DNA of 64,000 nucleotides from a virus: positions 25,457 to 89,456 of IMG/VR virus record IMGVR_UViG_3300049489_000993; one strand, 5' to 3'. The position numbers were made by a program, and so were the translations under genes. The notes under the pieces were generated by a model. That model ran no database searches and was not told where the DNA came from. It saw only the letters and a list, made by a program, of their open reading frames with translations. This document shows, one piece after another, positions 19,772 through 28,196 of the stretch; the first letter of the stretch is position 1; each line of letters opens with the position of its first letter.

Positions 19772-20428
19772 TCAATGCACCACGTCTTGCACGAGAGTGA
19801 GCTTGCCGGTGAACGCCGTCTTGGCCTTGCCGCGGCGAATCTCGAACGTGGCCGCGGCGTCCGAGGTCTCCCACGCCACCTCGACCTCGAGCGCCGTCGC
19901 GGAGACCACCTTGGAGATCAAGCGCGGGGCGCCCAGATTAGGCCCGCTCGTCGGGTGCAGCACATCGCCCGCCTTCGCCTTGGTGAACGCCGTGCCCGTG
20001 CCCGTCACCCCCACTGCACTCGCGACAATGGCCGCCGTGCCGACGCCAGCGCCGGGGCGCGGTACGTCTTGACGCACCACCTCGAAGTCGTGTGCATAGA
20101 CCCCCGCTTTGTTGTCCGACGTATCCGGCTTGTCGATCTTGACGACGCACTGCCCCACGGTGAGCCCCGTTTGGGGGAGCACCTCGATCTCGTCGGTGCG
20201 GTAGGACGCTTTGAAGATGGCCGCCGCGGCGTTCTTGTCCTTCGATGGCGCCGCCTTGGCGGCGTAGCGCAGCACAGCGGGGCGGCTGGGAGTCCCATCA
20301 GTGGCGGTTCCGAGGTTGATGAGGTTCTGCGTGGGCTGCGCCGTGTCCTTCACGGTGACGAGGATGTCGTCGCTGTCGCCGCGTACGAGGCTAATATCCA
20401 CTTCGGCGGGTGCTTTGATCGTGGCCAT
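19772..20428 (-). CDS. Structural protein, BppU/Ig-like
   Basis: DISLVRGDSDDILVTV...GVYAHDFEV...FTGKLTLVQDV pattern with inserted VTGTGTAFT fibre-like segment. Confidence 0.55.
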   Translation of the reverse strand: MATIKAPAEVDISLVRGDSDDILVTVKDTAQPTQNLINLGTATDGTPSRPAVLRYAAKAAPSKDKNAAAAIFKASYRTDEIEVLPQTGLTVGQCVVKIDKPDTSDNKAGVYAHDFEVVRQDVPRPGAGVGTAAIVASAVGVTGTGTAFTKAKAGDVLHPTSGPNLGAPRLISKVVSATALEVEVAWETSDAAATFEIRRGKAKTAFTGKLTLVQDVVH

Positions 20429-20432
20429 CGTC

Positions 20433-20708
20433 TCAGCACTCCTTGATCGTGGCGGTCGCGGTGAGAGAGGCCACGGTAGCCGTCAGGGCGTCGTCTTGGA
20501 TCACACCTATGAGGGCATCGTCTGCGACGGCGCCGCAAAGTTGGCCGTCGGGTGATACCACGCCGGTGAGGGCAAGGCCCGCCACGACTGCGGCGGTCAT
20601 CGTATCGGCCGCCACCAATGCGGTCACATCCCGCCCAACCAGTGTGTACGCCACGCTGTCCGGGTCGCAGATCCAACCATTCGTGATGAGCCCGCTCGTC
20701 CCGACCAT
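20433..20708 (-). CDS. Hypothetical structural protein
   Basis: 91 aa ORF, tightly packed in operon. Confidence 0.5.
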   Translation of the reverse strand: MVGTSGLITNGWICDPDSVAYTLVGRDVTALVAADTMTAAVVAGLALTGVVSPDGQLCGAVADDALIGVIQDDALTATVASLTATATIKEC

Positions 20709-20721
20709 GCGCGCCAGCGTG

Positions 20722-21234
20722 TCATGGCGCGAGCGTGCGCACCAAGTCGTTCCACGTAGAAGGGCCTGGATAGGTCGCTACGACGTCGATTGTCGCGATG
20801 GGGGAAACGTCCGCGAGCGCGTCCGCTTTCGTAGCGTAGAGCTTCCTGCGCGCTGTCAGGGGCCTTCCAGTGCCCACGTCCGCCACGAGCACGGTGTCGC
20901 GCACGTTTTCCCCCTGATGCGCGAGGAGCTTCACCAAGGCCAGCTCAAAGTCCGAAACCACCCGGATGTGCTCCACGCCCGGCTCATGGTCCGAAAGCAC
21001 CGTGAACCCGGCATCGTTGAACACCTCGAAGGCGACCGAGTAATGCCCGGCAAGCGCCGGAGAGGTCCAGGCGGCTTGGTAGGTGCCGACAAAGGCTGAC
21101 CGATGCGTCATAGGGAGCGTAGTGACAAGCGTGCCTGCGGCATCCAGCACCTTGGCGCGGGGATACTTGACGGCACTGCGGTCGGCGAGCACCACTTCGA
21201 CGAGAACGGGTTGGCCAACAGTACCAAGAATCAT
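20722..21234 (-). CDS. Hypothetical Ig-like structural protein
   Basis: ATG 21234 overlaps upstream TGA; beta-sandwich pattern (GTYQAAWT...GHYSVAFEVF). Confidence 0.55.
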   Translation of the reverse strand: MILGTVGQPVLVEVVLADRSAVKYPRAKVLDAAGTLVTTLPMTHRSAFVGTYQAAWTSPALAGHYSVAFEVFNDAGFTVLSDHEPGVEHIRVVSDFELALVKLLAHQGENVRDTVLVADVGTGRPLTARRKLYATKADALADVSPIATIDVVATYPGPSTWNDLVRTLAP

Positions 21235-21641
21235 GCGCTTGTTTTCAGGGCGAGCACGGGGGCAAAGAAAGCGTCTGTGTTCTGGCGATGCTGGCGTACC
21301 CTGGAGCGGCGCGCTTGAATCGCGTTCGCGAGCTGCGTGGAGAGCCCTTCGGCTTCCGCGACAACGTCGTCGAGCATGTCGAGGGCGGCAGCGGCACGAT
21401 CCCCACAGCGAATCTTGGCCTGGATGGTGAGCGCCTTGGCTACGTCGGCAGGGGTGCAATAGCCCAGCTCGATGAGAAGCGCGCCCAGGAGGTGTTCGTT
21501 GGTGCGCGACTGCACCCCCACAGCCTGCAAGAGCTGCTCGCGGGTCACCTTGTGCAGCCGCATGAGGATGTTCCCGACCGTGCTCTCGTCCTTGAAAGGG
21601 TCGACCACGGGGGGCGCTGAGATCACCTTGCGGAAGCGCAT
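21231..21641 (-). CDS. Stand-alone MshEN (T2SSE_N)-like domain protein
   Basis: Tandem motif VGNILMRLHKVTREQLLQAVGVQ / LLGALLIELGYCTPADVAKALTIQ matching the MshEN repeat RLGxxLxxxGxITxxQLxxALxxQ; GAGGAGG SD before ATG 21641. Confidence 0.7.
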   Translation of the reverse strand: MRFRKVISAPPVVDPFKDESTVGNILMRLHKVTREQLLQAVGVQSRTNEHLLGALLIELGYCTPADVAKALTIQAKIRCGDRAAAALDMLDDVVAEAEGLSTQLANAIQARRSRVRQHRQNTDAFFAPVLALKTSA

Positions 21642-21642
21642 G

Positions 21643-21915
21643 CTAGTCCTCCTCGTGCTCGGTCGCGGCGGCGATGGCGGCGATAAGCTGCCGGTTGCTC
21701 TCGTTGCTCGTTTGCAACAAGGCAATCTGTTTTTCGGTGGTCTGCACAATGCGGTCGTTCAGGGCTTGGATCTGCTGCGCGTGAACGCGCTCCCGCAAGC
21801 GGGAGTCGAAGTAGAGGTGGCGAATGCTGAACCCAGCAAGGATGACCAGCCCCCAAGGCCCGCCTTTTTGAAGCAGCTCAAGCGCCGTCATCCAGCCCAT
21901 CCCGCCCTCGTTCAT
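21643..21915 (-). CDS. Putative holin-like membrane protein (single TM + coiled coil, BhlA-like)
   Basis: N-terminal hydrophobic GPWGLVILAGFSI followed by a heptad coiled coil. Confidence 0.5.
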   Translation of the reverse strand: MNEGGMGWMTALELLQKGGPWGLVILAGFSIRHLYFDSRLRERVHAQQIQALNDRIVQTTEKQIALLQTSNESNRQLIAAIAAATEHEED

Positions 21916-21961
21916 GGTCCTGTCGTATCGCGTTTTGGTTCCGCACGCGACCTGCGACGTG

Positions 21962-22114
21962 TCACCTTTTCTGCTTCTCGCGGATCAACTCCTCGATCTT
22001 TTCCGGTGTGAGCCCTAGCGACGTCGCCTTGACCTTGGCCTTTGGCGCCTCGACGCTCTCCGTAGTGCCTGTGGGCTTGACCTCAATGACCGTGATTCTT
22101 TTCTCGTCCGGCAT
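21962..22114 (-). CDS. Small hypothetical protein (50 aa)
   Basis: ATG overlaps upstream TAA (TAATG); MPDEKRITVIEVKPTG... Confidence 0.55.
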   Translation of the reverse strand: MPDEKRITVIEVKPTGTTESVEAPKAKVKATSLGLTPEKIEELIREKQKR

Positions 22115-22575
22115 TACACACTCCCGATGTACCAGCGGTACAAAATACCCATGTGCCGTGTTGTTCCGCCCGGCACGGCCTCGACGATGGTGCGCATAAA
22201 TAGGCCGGGCGCAATAGGCGCGACCGTGGGCATGATGATGTCCTCTTTCCAGAGCGCGCTCGTCGGCAGGCGGTAGTCTTTGACGTAGCGGACCAGCTCG
22301 ATCGGCGTGCCGAGTGGGATCGAGTAGAGCGTGTGCAGGCCCATGACGTCGTTTTTGTCGACGACGGAGAACTGCGCCAGATCGCCACGCATGGAGCCCT
22401 CGCACCAAAACTGCCCGCCCTGTACAAGCAGTTGCTCTGTGACCTCAATGTCGAGAATCGCGGTGCTGTCGGCGTCACACGAAATAGCGTAGCCCGCCAA
22501 ACGTGCCTGTGCGCTCGCGTGCAGAAAGCTCGGGGCGTAGATGGGCATGCCTTCTTCGTTCTTTGGGATGCCCAT
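22114..22575 (-). CDS. Hypothetical structural protein
   Basis: 153 aa beta-rich ORF abutting upstream TAG. Confidence 0.6.
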   Translation of the reverse strand: MGIPKNEEGMPIYAPSFLHASAQARLAGYAISCDADSTAILDIEVTEQLLVQGGQFWCEGSMRGDLAQFSVVDKNDVMGLHTLYSIPLGTPIELVRYVKDYRLPTSALWKEDIIMPTVAPIAPGLFMRTIVEAVPGGTTRHMGILYRWYIGSV

Positions 22576-24207
22576 CTATGTCTCCACCGTGAATACGAAA
22601 ATGATGTCGAAGGTGCCCGCCGTCGTGTTGGTGGCACATTTGATGTGATAGCCCTCACCTGCGCGGATCGTGGGCGGTTTCGTTTGCGGATCGTGTTTTT
22701 GGAACGCCGGTGTAAGGTTCTGGTGCGTGACTTGGAGTGCCTCCACGTCGAGCGCACCGGGACCCCACTCGTCGCTCGACCATTCCCAGCGTTGCTCGAC
22801 AGTGACCACTTCACCTGCGACTGTCGACGAGGTGCGCACGGTCACCGCGGCTGGGAGCACGTCATCGGTATCTCTCGCCACAGCTGCGACTGACAAGCCC
22901 CCGCTGTGTCCTGTGATGCGTCGTAGCTCAAACAACGTCACCACGCCCGTAACGGCGCTTGTCTGGGAGTTGCGAATCCATATCTCACGCAGGCGCACAA
23001 CCCGAGGAGAACCAGCGGCGAGGCACAACGACAACATGCTCTTGTTGTTGCCAAGCGGGGCGTCTTGAACGCCGACGGTAAACGTCGGTTGCTCATTGGG
23101 CTCGACGTATAAGCCGCCCGCGTGACCAAGCGCGCGCGGTAGAGCCTCCACCATGGGCACGAGCACAAGCTGGAGCCGGAGCACTCCCTGCGGTGTAGGG
23201 CCGTTCGTGTAGACAACCCGGCAGTACGTTGCCGTCGACTGTATTGTGCGCGAGAACCCGATGCCTGCGAGCACGGTGTAGTGATCGACGATGTCCCAGT
23301 TGGTGCCGTCCATCGACTGCTCGACGCACAGCCCTTTTGCAGCCGAATCTTGGTCCGTGAAGACGTTGATCTGGATGCCCATCGTCGAGATGCAGACCTC
23401 GGCGTTGCCAGTAAAAACACCCGCAGCGCCAAGAGGCGTCGTCGTCGAGTTGCCGAGGACGCTGTACGCTGTCTGCCCGACGCTAGCGCGCACGACGCTA
23501 GAAGCTGTGGTCGCATGCCCTGTGGTACTCGCGGTGCCACTTGTCCACGCACTCGCGCGGAGACGAGCCTTGGCGAACCCAGCGCACACAGCACGAAACT
23601 GCCCATTGGTTGTGGTCTGCGATACGGAGGTCTGCGCGTCGCCCGTGAGGTAGCCTGTGATCGAGAACCAATCGGTGCCGTTGATCGTGGCTTCAGCGAC
23701 GAGGGTGCCTACCCACGTTCCCGTGATCTGCGTACTCACTACGCCGCATCCGCTAACGTCGATCTCCGCCGTTTGCCCGGCCCCGGTGATCGCCACCGTG
23801 ACGATGCGATCTGCCGGCGGTTGCGCGGCGTAGTCGCTGGCCATGACGACGGGGGCGCTATTGGCGGCAGTCTTTTGTCCGAGCGTGTTCCAACGCGCAA
23901 CGATGACGTCGTAGAGGTCTTTGAGCCGCCCAAGAACGGTATTCGCCGTCGGGCTCGCCTGCACTTCGCCAACGCGAGCCGTGAACGTAGCCTCGGCTAC
24001 GCGCGTCCCCAGGGCGACGTCGAGGTTCGTGTTGTCGACAGTGAGGCTTCCGCCGTTGTCGTTGACGGCCACGCTGTTGTTGGGCGAGACGGCGACGACG
24101 AGTGCTTTGTCCGCTGCGACTGCTGCCGTCGACGCGGCTTTGACACTCGCAGCGTTCGCGCCGTCGCGGATGGTGACGTCGCCTTCGATGATGTTGAAGC
24201 CGCTCAC
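22576..24207 (-). CDS. Fibre/spike-like structural protein with tandem beta-sandwich domains
   Basis: GTG 24207 overlaps upstream TGA; motifs LVVAVSPNNS, LGQKTAANSAPVVMASD, ITGTWVGTLVAEATINGTDW, NSTTTPLGAAGVFTG, EQSMDGTNWD. Confidence 0.65.
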   Translation of the reverse strand: MSGFNIIEGDVTIRDGANAASVKAASTAAVAADKALVVAVSPNNSVAVNDNGGSLTVDNTNLDVALGTRVAEATFTARVGEVQASPTANTVLGRLKDLYDVIVARWNTLGQKTAANSAPVVMASDYAAQPPADRIVTVAITGAGQTAEIDVSGCGVVSTQITGTWVGTLVAEATINGTDWFSITGYLTGDAQTSVSQTTTNGQFRAVCAGFAKARLRASAWTSGTASTTGHATTASSVVRASVGQTAYSVLGNSTTTPLGAAGVFTGNAEVCISTMGIQINVFTDQDSAAKGLCVEQSMDGTNWDIVDHYTVLAGIGFSRTIQSTATYCRVVYTNGPTPQGVLRLQLVLVPMVEALPRALGHAGGLYVEPNEQPTFTVGVQDAPLGNNKSMLSLCLAAGSPRVVRLREIWIRNSQTSAVTGVVTLFELRRITGHSGGLSVAAVARDTDDVLPAAVTVRTSSTVAGEVVTVEQRWEWSSDEWGPGALDVEALQVTHQNLTPAFQKHDPQTKPPTIRAGEGYHIKCATNTTAGTFDIIFVFTVET

Positions 24208-24665
24208 GACAGCACCCACGCGATCGACTCGACCTGGCCGCCGCTGCGCGTGATCGTGCCGGTCAAGGTTTGCACGAGCGCGCCCCCGGCGTCGTACTGC
24301 TTCATGACGACGGTGTCGACCTGGCCGCCGCTGCGGGTGATAAGCGTCTCACGCACCTTCGTGATCTTCGTGTTGTCGGTCCACACGATGTCGCTTGTGA
24401 CCTGCCCACCGCTGCGCGTGACCTCTTCGTAGCTCGTCTCGGCGACATCATGAACGAGCTGATCGAGTACGAGGTGGGTGCCCGCGCTGATTCCAGAACC
24501 GGCGCTGCGCGGATCGAAGGTTCCTGCGGCATCGCGGAACTGGAATACCGAGCCGTCGAAACGGAGACCACCGGCGCCAGACGGGGCGCCTGGGTTCGCT
24601 CCGAGGGTGATCTCCTCGTCCTCGCGAAGCGCCCCAGGAGCGTCTCTGTGCGGTGTTGCAGGCAC
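24204..24665 (-). CDS. Structural protein with three TRSGGQV repeats
   Basis: VTRSGGQV / ITRSGGQV / ITRSGGQV at ~28-aa spacing. Confidence 0.6.
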   Translation of the reverse strand: MPATPHRDAPGALREDEEITLGANPGAPSGAGGLRFDGSVFQFRDAAGTFDPRSAGSGISAGTHLVLDQLVHDVAETSYEEVTRSGGQVTSDIVWTDNTKITKVRETLITRSGGQVDTVVMKQYDAGGALVQTLTGTITRSGGQVESIAWVLS

Positions 24666-25177
24666 TATCTGCCCCGCTTTCGGGCTTTCTTCATGGGAGC
24701 GTCCTCGGCCAGCCGGCGCGCTTTCATGGTCGGGGGTGGGCGCTGCCCGATGATACGAGCGTCGGCCTCCTGTGGGACATCGCCGGCGACCTCGCGTGCC
24801 ACAAGCGCCTCTGCACGCGAGCGATCTTCGTCATGTTGTTTTTTGGTGAGCGCGACGGCGAGCTTCAAACCCGCCACCTGCCCAGCCGCCACCTTGTGCT
24901 CGTCCTCGGCCTGGCTGGCCACGGCGAGCGCGCGACGATGCGCGAGCGTGACAAGGTCCTTGCGTATTTTGGCGTCCGACAACAACAGCTTGCCCGCATC
25001 CACCTCGACGTCAATATCCGCGTGCAAAGTGAGCACCGCAGCGGCAGCGCGCTTCACCCATCCAGCACCCCCGCTTGCGGCGCGCTCGGCCTTCTCGGCG
25101 GCGTCGAGCGCGTCATCCAAGCGGGCGCCGAGGTCGTGTGCGGCGGCCGCGCGAATCAAAGCCTTTTCAGCACCCAC
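24665..25177 (-). CDS. Hypothetical helical protein
   Basis: 170 aa Ala-rich ORF with AGGAG SD. Confidence 0.55.
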   Translation of the reverse strand: MGAEKALIRAAAAHDLGARLDDALDAAEKAERAASGGAGWVKRAAAAVLTLHADIDVEVDAGKLLLSDAKIRKDLVTLAHRRALAVASQAEDEHKVAAGQVAGLKLAVALTKKQHDEDRSRAEALVAREVAGDVPQEADARIIGQRPPPTMKARRLAEDAPMKKARKRGR

Positions 25178-25192
25178 GCCACGCTCCTATGT

Positions 25193-26716
25193 TCAGACCT
25201 TCTTCACGATCGCAAGGACGTCGCCAATCTTGAGCTTGAACTCAAAGCGCAGCACAGCCGGCGAGAGTGTAGCGGTTGGGTAGTAGTCATGGTTTGCCCC
25301 GCTGTTGGCCCCTGGGCGCAGCAACGAGCCATTCAAATATACATCATAATCGTTCAAGAATGAGCCACCACTCATATCGGGAAACGCGGCGTCGATGTTG
25401 GCATCGGCGAGCGACACATCCGTGTCCGCGTTCACGTTTGCAGTCACATTGTGATAGGTCTTCGTCTCGTTGCCCGTGGTGTACGCCGAGGTGATCGCTT
25501 GCATGAGCGACACTTCACCGAACGCAGTCTCGAAGGCGCTCCACTCGGCCGCGGTGTCCGAGAGCTTGAGCTGGCCCGCATACGTGGACGCACCCTTGTT
25601 GCCGTCGACGAATGCGAACTCTGCCGCCGCGGTCAAACCGAGGTCGCCGGCTGTGGACGCGACAACACCGTCGGTGACACCCACGGCGATGGGTCGCGTG
25701 CCGCCACTGCGGATGGTGGCGCCAGCATTGAAGTCGTTGACGATCGCGTTCACGTCAAAGGTGTCCACATCGGTGCCGATGCGCGCGATGGTTGCGCCGC
25801 CGCCGCTGCCTTCGATGACGGTCACGAGGTCGGCGTCGAGCGCGTCGCGAATGGACCACTCCACCGCCGCTGCTAGATCAAGATCGGCGTTCGTCGCCAG
25901 CTCGACGGGCGTCGCGCCTTGGTTGTTGTAGGCGTTCTGGCGCGTGACATCGACGCTAGCGGCTTGATCAACGAAGTTGCCATCTTGCGGGAGCCAAGCA
26001 TCCTCGACGACGTTGTCGAACGCGAAGCGGGAGACATAGGCGTAGTTGATCGTCTTGCCGGCGATGTCGCCAACGGGGCAGGCGATGAGGTCGTCAAGGC
26101 CGGCGTTCATGATCACGAACGAGAGCTTCACGCGGTTTCCCGCCGAGGTGTCGTTGAACGCGGCGCCGTCGACACCCGTGCTTTCGTACTGGAGCAGGGC
26201 GAAGATGTCTTTGCCGCTTGATTGCAGCTTTTGGCCTGTCGTGGCGTCGCGCACGACGCAGAGATTCTTTGGCGAGATGGCGTTCTGTCCCGCGACCTCG
26301 ATCAACTCATGCACGTCGAACCCAGCCCCATTGAGTGCCGATTGCGCGACGACGGCGCCCACTTGCGAACCGGCCACCGCAGCAACTTGCGTGGGCGCTT
26401 CACTGCTGGCGACGACGAGGATCTCCCAGTTTTGGGCCGCGGTGACGCCGACGTCGGTAAGCACCTGCACGCGCCGGAGCTGCTTCTTGCCCTCGATGTC
26501 GGTGAGATCGGTGGAGAGGGTAGCGAGGCTGCGCCCAGAGAGCGCGGTGTACCAGTTGGCTTCCCCGAGAGCGCGCTTCATCTGTGAGCGCAGCGCATTC
26601 AAGTCGTCTTCGATGGACACGGCGCCAGATTGCAGTGCGACGCCCGCGGCGACCGTGTCGTCGTACGTGAACGATGGTCGGATTTGCGATTCTTGTCGGA
26701 TGAAAGTGCGGGCCAT
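25193..26716 (-). CDS. Virion structural protein (fibre/collar-like)
   Basis: 507 aa, strong codon bias, AGGAG SD; C-terminal DVYLNGSLLRPG...DYY...LKIGDVL domain. Confidence 0.65.
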   Translation of the reverse strand: MARTFIRQESQIRPSFTYDDTVAAGVALQSGAVSIEDDLNALRSQMKRALGEANWYTALSGRSLATLSTDLTDIEGKKQLRRVQVLTDVGVTAAQNWEILVVASSEAPTQVAAVAGSQVGAVVAQSALNGAGFDVHELIEVAGQNAISPKNLCVVRDATTGQKLQSSGKDIFALLQYESTGVDGAAFNDTSAGNRVKLSFVIMNAGLDDLIACPVGDIAGKTINYAYVSRFAFDNVVEDAWLPQDGNFVDQAASVDVTRQNAYNNQGATPVELATNADLDLAAAVEWSIRDALDADLVTVIEGSGGGATIARIGTDVDTFDVNAIVNDFNAGATIRSGGTRPIAVGVTDGVVASTAGDLGLTAAAEFAFVDGNKGASTYAGQLKLSDTAAEWSAFETAFGEVSLMQAITSAYTTGNETKTYHNVTANVNADTDVSLADANIDAAFPDMSGGSFLNDYDVYLNGSLLRPGANSGANHDYYPTATLSPAVLRFEFKLKIGDVLAIVKKV

Positions 26717-26724
26717 GGGCGCTC

Positions 26725-27012
26725 CTATGCTTTGACGTAGTCCGCGAACACTTTATCGCCAGCCCGCGGCGCAAGCACGACTGTCACGGTGTCAAAGCCG
26801 GTGCCGGGACCGCCGCTCTCTGAGACGCTGTAATCGTCAAGGAGGACAAGGCGCTGGCCGTTCAGGAAGGCTTGGATTGAAAGCCCTGGAGGCGTCTGCA
26901 CGAACTTCTCGGGGGTGGTGAATACGACATTGACGCCGTTCACCGCCCCCGAGAGCGTGACACCGATGCGGAAGTCATCCGCTGGGACCGAACGCCGCCG
27001 AAGGAGCGGCAT
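26725..27012 (-). CDS. Small structural protein
   Basis: LSGAVNGVNVVFT...AFLNGQRL...DDY...APRAGDKVFADY, a small beta module similar to the C-terminus of the downstream gene. Confidence 0.6.
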   Translation of the reverse strand: MPLLRRRSVPADDFRIGVTLSGAVNGVNVVFTTPEKFVQTPPGLSIQAFLNGQRLVLLDDYSVSESGGPGTGFDTVTVVLAPRAGDKVFADYVKA

Positions 27013-27037
27013 AGCGCACCTCCGTTACGGTGCGCGC

Positions 27038-27361
27038 TCAGATCGCGAGCCCGAGCATCGCCTTGAATGCACACGTCCCGCCGTTGCCCGCCAACCACAG
27101 CTCGTGAAAGTCGAACATGCCCTCGAGATAGGTGCCCGTCGCGATCTCGTAGTAGTCGAGCCAGCGCGCCGAATCGAGACCGGGCGGCTCTTGCGGGAAC
27201 ACACGCAACGGCACACCGCCGGTGTTGTCGATGCGCACCCACACCGTCTTGCCGGGGTTGCTGAAAAAGTTGAACGCCTGTTTGGCATTCACATCCGCGG
27301 GCGATGCGAAGGCGGGCGCGGTCCCGTAGAGCGGGCGGGGCGCACCGGAGCGAATCAACAT
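27038..27361 (-). CDS. Hypothetical protein
   Basis: 107 aa ORF packed in operon. Confidence 0.55.
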   Translation of the reverse strand: MLIRSGAPRPLYGTAPAFASPADVNAKQAFNFFSNPGKTVWVRIDNTGGVPLRVFPQEPPGLDSARWLDYYEIATGTYLEGMFDFHELWLAGNGGTCAFKAMLGLAI

Positions 27362-27362
27362 T

Positions 27363-27617
27363 TCAGCCGCCAGCGGCGAGGATGGCCGCGTTGATCTTGG
27401 TGCGGATCTCGTTCAGGAGCGTGACCACGACGTTGAACTCCGCTTGCGTGGGCGGGTCTCCGGCGGCGGCGACGGCGACGGCCGAGGTGATCGGGCCGAG
27501 CGCGTAGAGGGCGGCGCCGAGCTTGGCCGGCGTGATGCCGTCAGTGCGGCCGATGCCGGGAAAGTGCTCGCCGAGAGAGTCGAGCTTGTTGGCTTGGTCT
27601 TGGGAAAGGTTGGGCAT
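27363..27617 (-). CDS. Putative head fibre/decoration protein
   Basis: AAGDPPTQAEFNVVVTLLNEIRTKINA resembles head-fibre trimerisation helix; GGAG SD. Confidence 0.5.
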   Translation of the reverse strand: MPNLSQDQANKLDSLGEHFPGIGRTDGITPAKLGAALYALGPITSAVAVAAAGDPPTQAEFNVVVTLLNEIRTKINAAILAAGG

Positions 27618-27662
27618 GATTGTCTCCGCTGGGGGTGAGTATCACGGGGCGCGTGCGGGCGT

Positions 27663-28109
27663 TCAAGCCTTCATCGCGTCGTAGCCGGCCTCGATGGCAT
27701 CCAGCAGTGCGTTTCGCGAGCTGCGCGGGCTGTAGAGGCTGGGATGGATGTGCCCAGCGACCTTCAAGCGGTCACAGAGCGCAAAGAGGTCGGCCTTGGA
27801 CATGGATTCATCCGCGACCGGCCAGGGCTCCTCGGCGGGCTCCTGCTTCAAGACCTGGGCGGTCTCTTCGACGGAGAGCACGTTGCCTGCCTTGTCCGAG
27901 AGGATGGGTTGCGGTGGGCCGCTCGGCTTCTTGAACGGCGTCTTGACGGTGGCATCCGCCCACTTGTCTGCGTTCTGGAGCAAGAGCGCGGCAACGTCCT
28001 CGTCGACGTCGAGCAAGCCGTCGGCTTTGCTGATCTCAAGGAGCTTGCCGCCGACAAAGACCTTCTCGCCCCATTCGTGCCGCAGTTTGCAGATCAACTT
28101 TTTCGCCAT
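27663..28109 (-). CDS. Hypothetical protein following MCP (C-terminal small helical domain)
   Basis: AGGAG SD before ATG 28109; C-terminal SMSKADLFALC...SRNALLDAI. Confidence 0.6.
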   Translation of the reverse strand: MAKKLICKLRHEWGEKVFVGGKLLEISKADGLLDVDEDVAALLLQNADKWADATVKTPFKKPSGPPQPILSDKAGNVLSVEETAQVLKQEPAEEPWPVADESMSKADLFALCDRLKVAGHIHPSLYSPRSSRNALLDAIEAGYDAMKA

Positions 28110-28120
28110 TGCGTGCTCCT

Positions 28121-28160
28121 GAAAAGGAAAGGCCGCCCTTGGAGCATCCCGAGGGCGGCC
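28121..28160 (-). terminator. Intrinsic terminator downstream of MCP
   Basis: GGCCGCCCTCGG-GATGCT-CCAAGGGCGGCC hairpin followed by TTTCCTTTTC on minus strand. Confidence 0.75.
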
Positions 28161-28196
28161 CATCCTAACCGGGGTCAGGCCCCGGCGCTACCCATC

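Noticed and set aside
27620-27660. Possible shared late-promoter motif (extended -10-like TGnTACnnT at ~27640, ~12955, ~54722, ~51880)
   Set aside because: Matches are too short and variable to support without motif statistics or TSS data.
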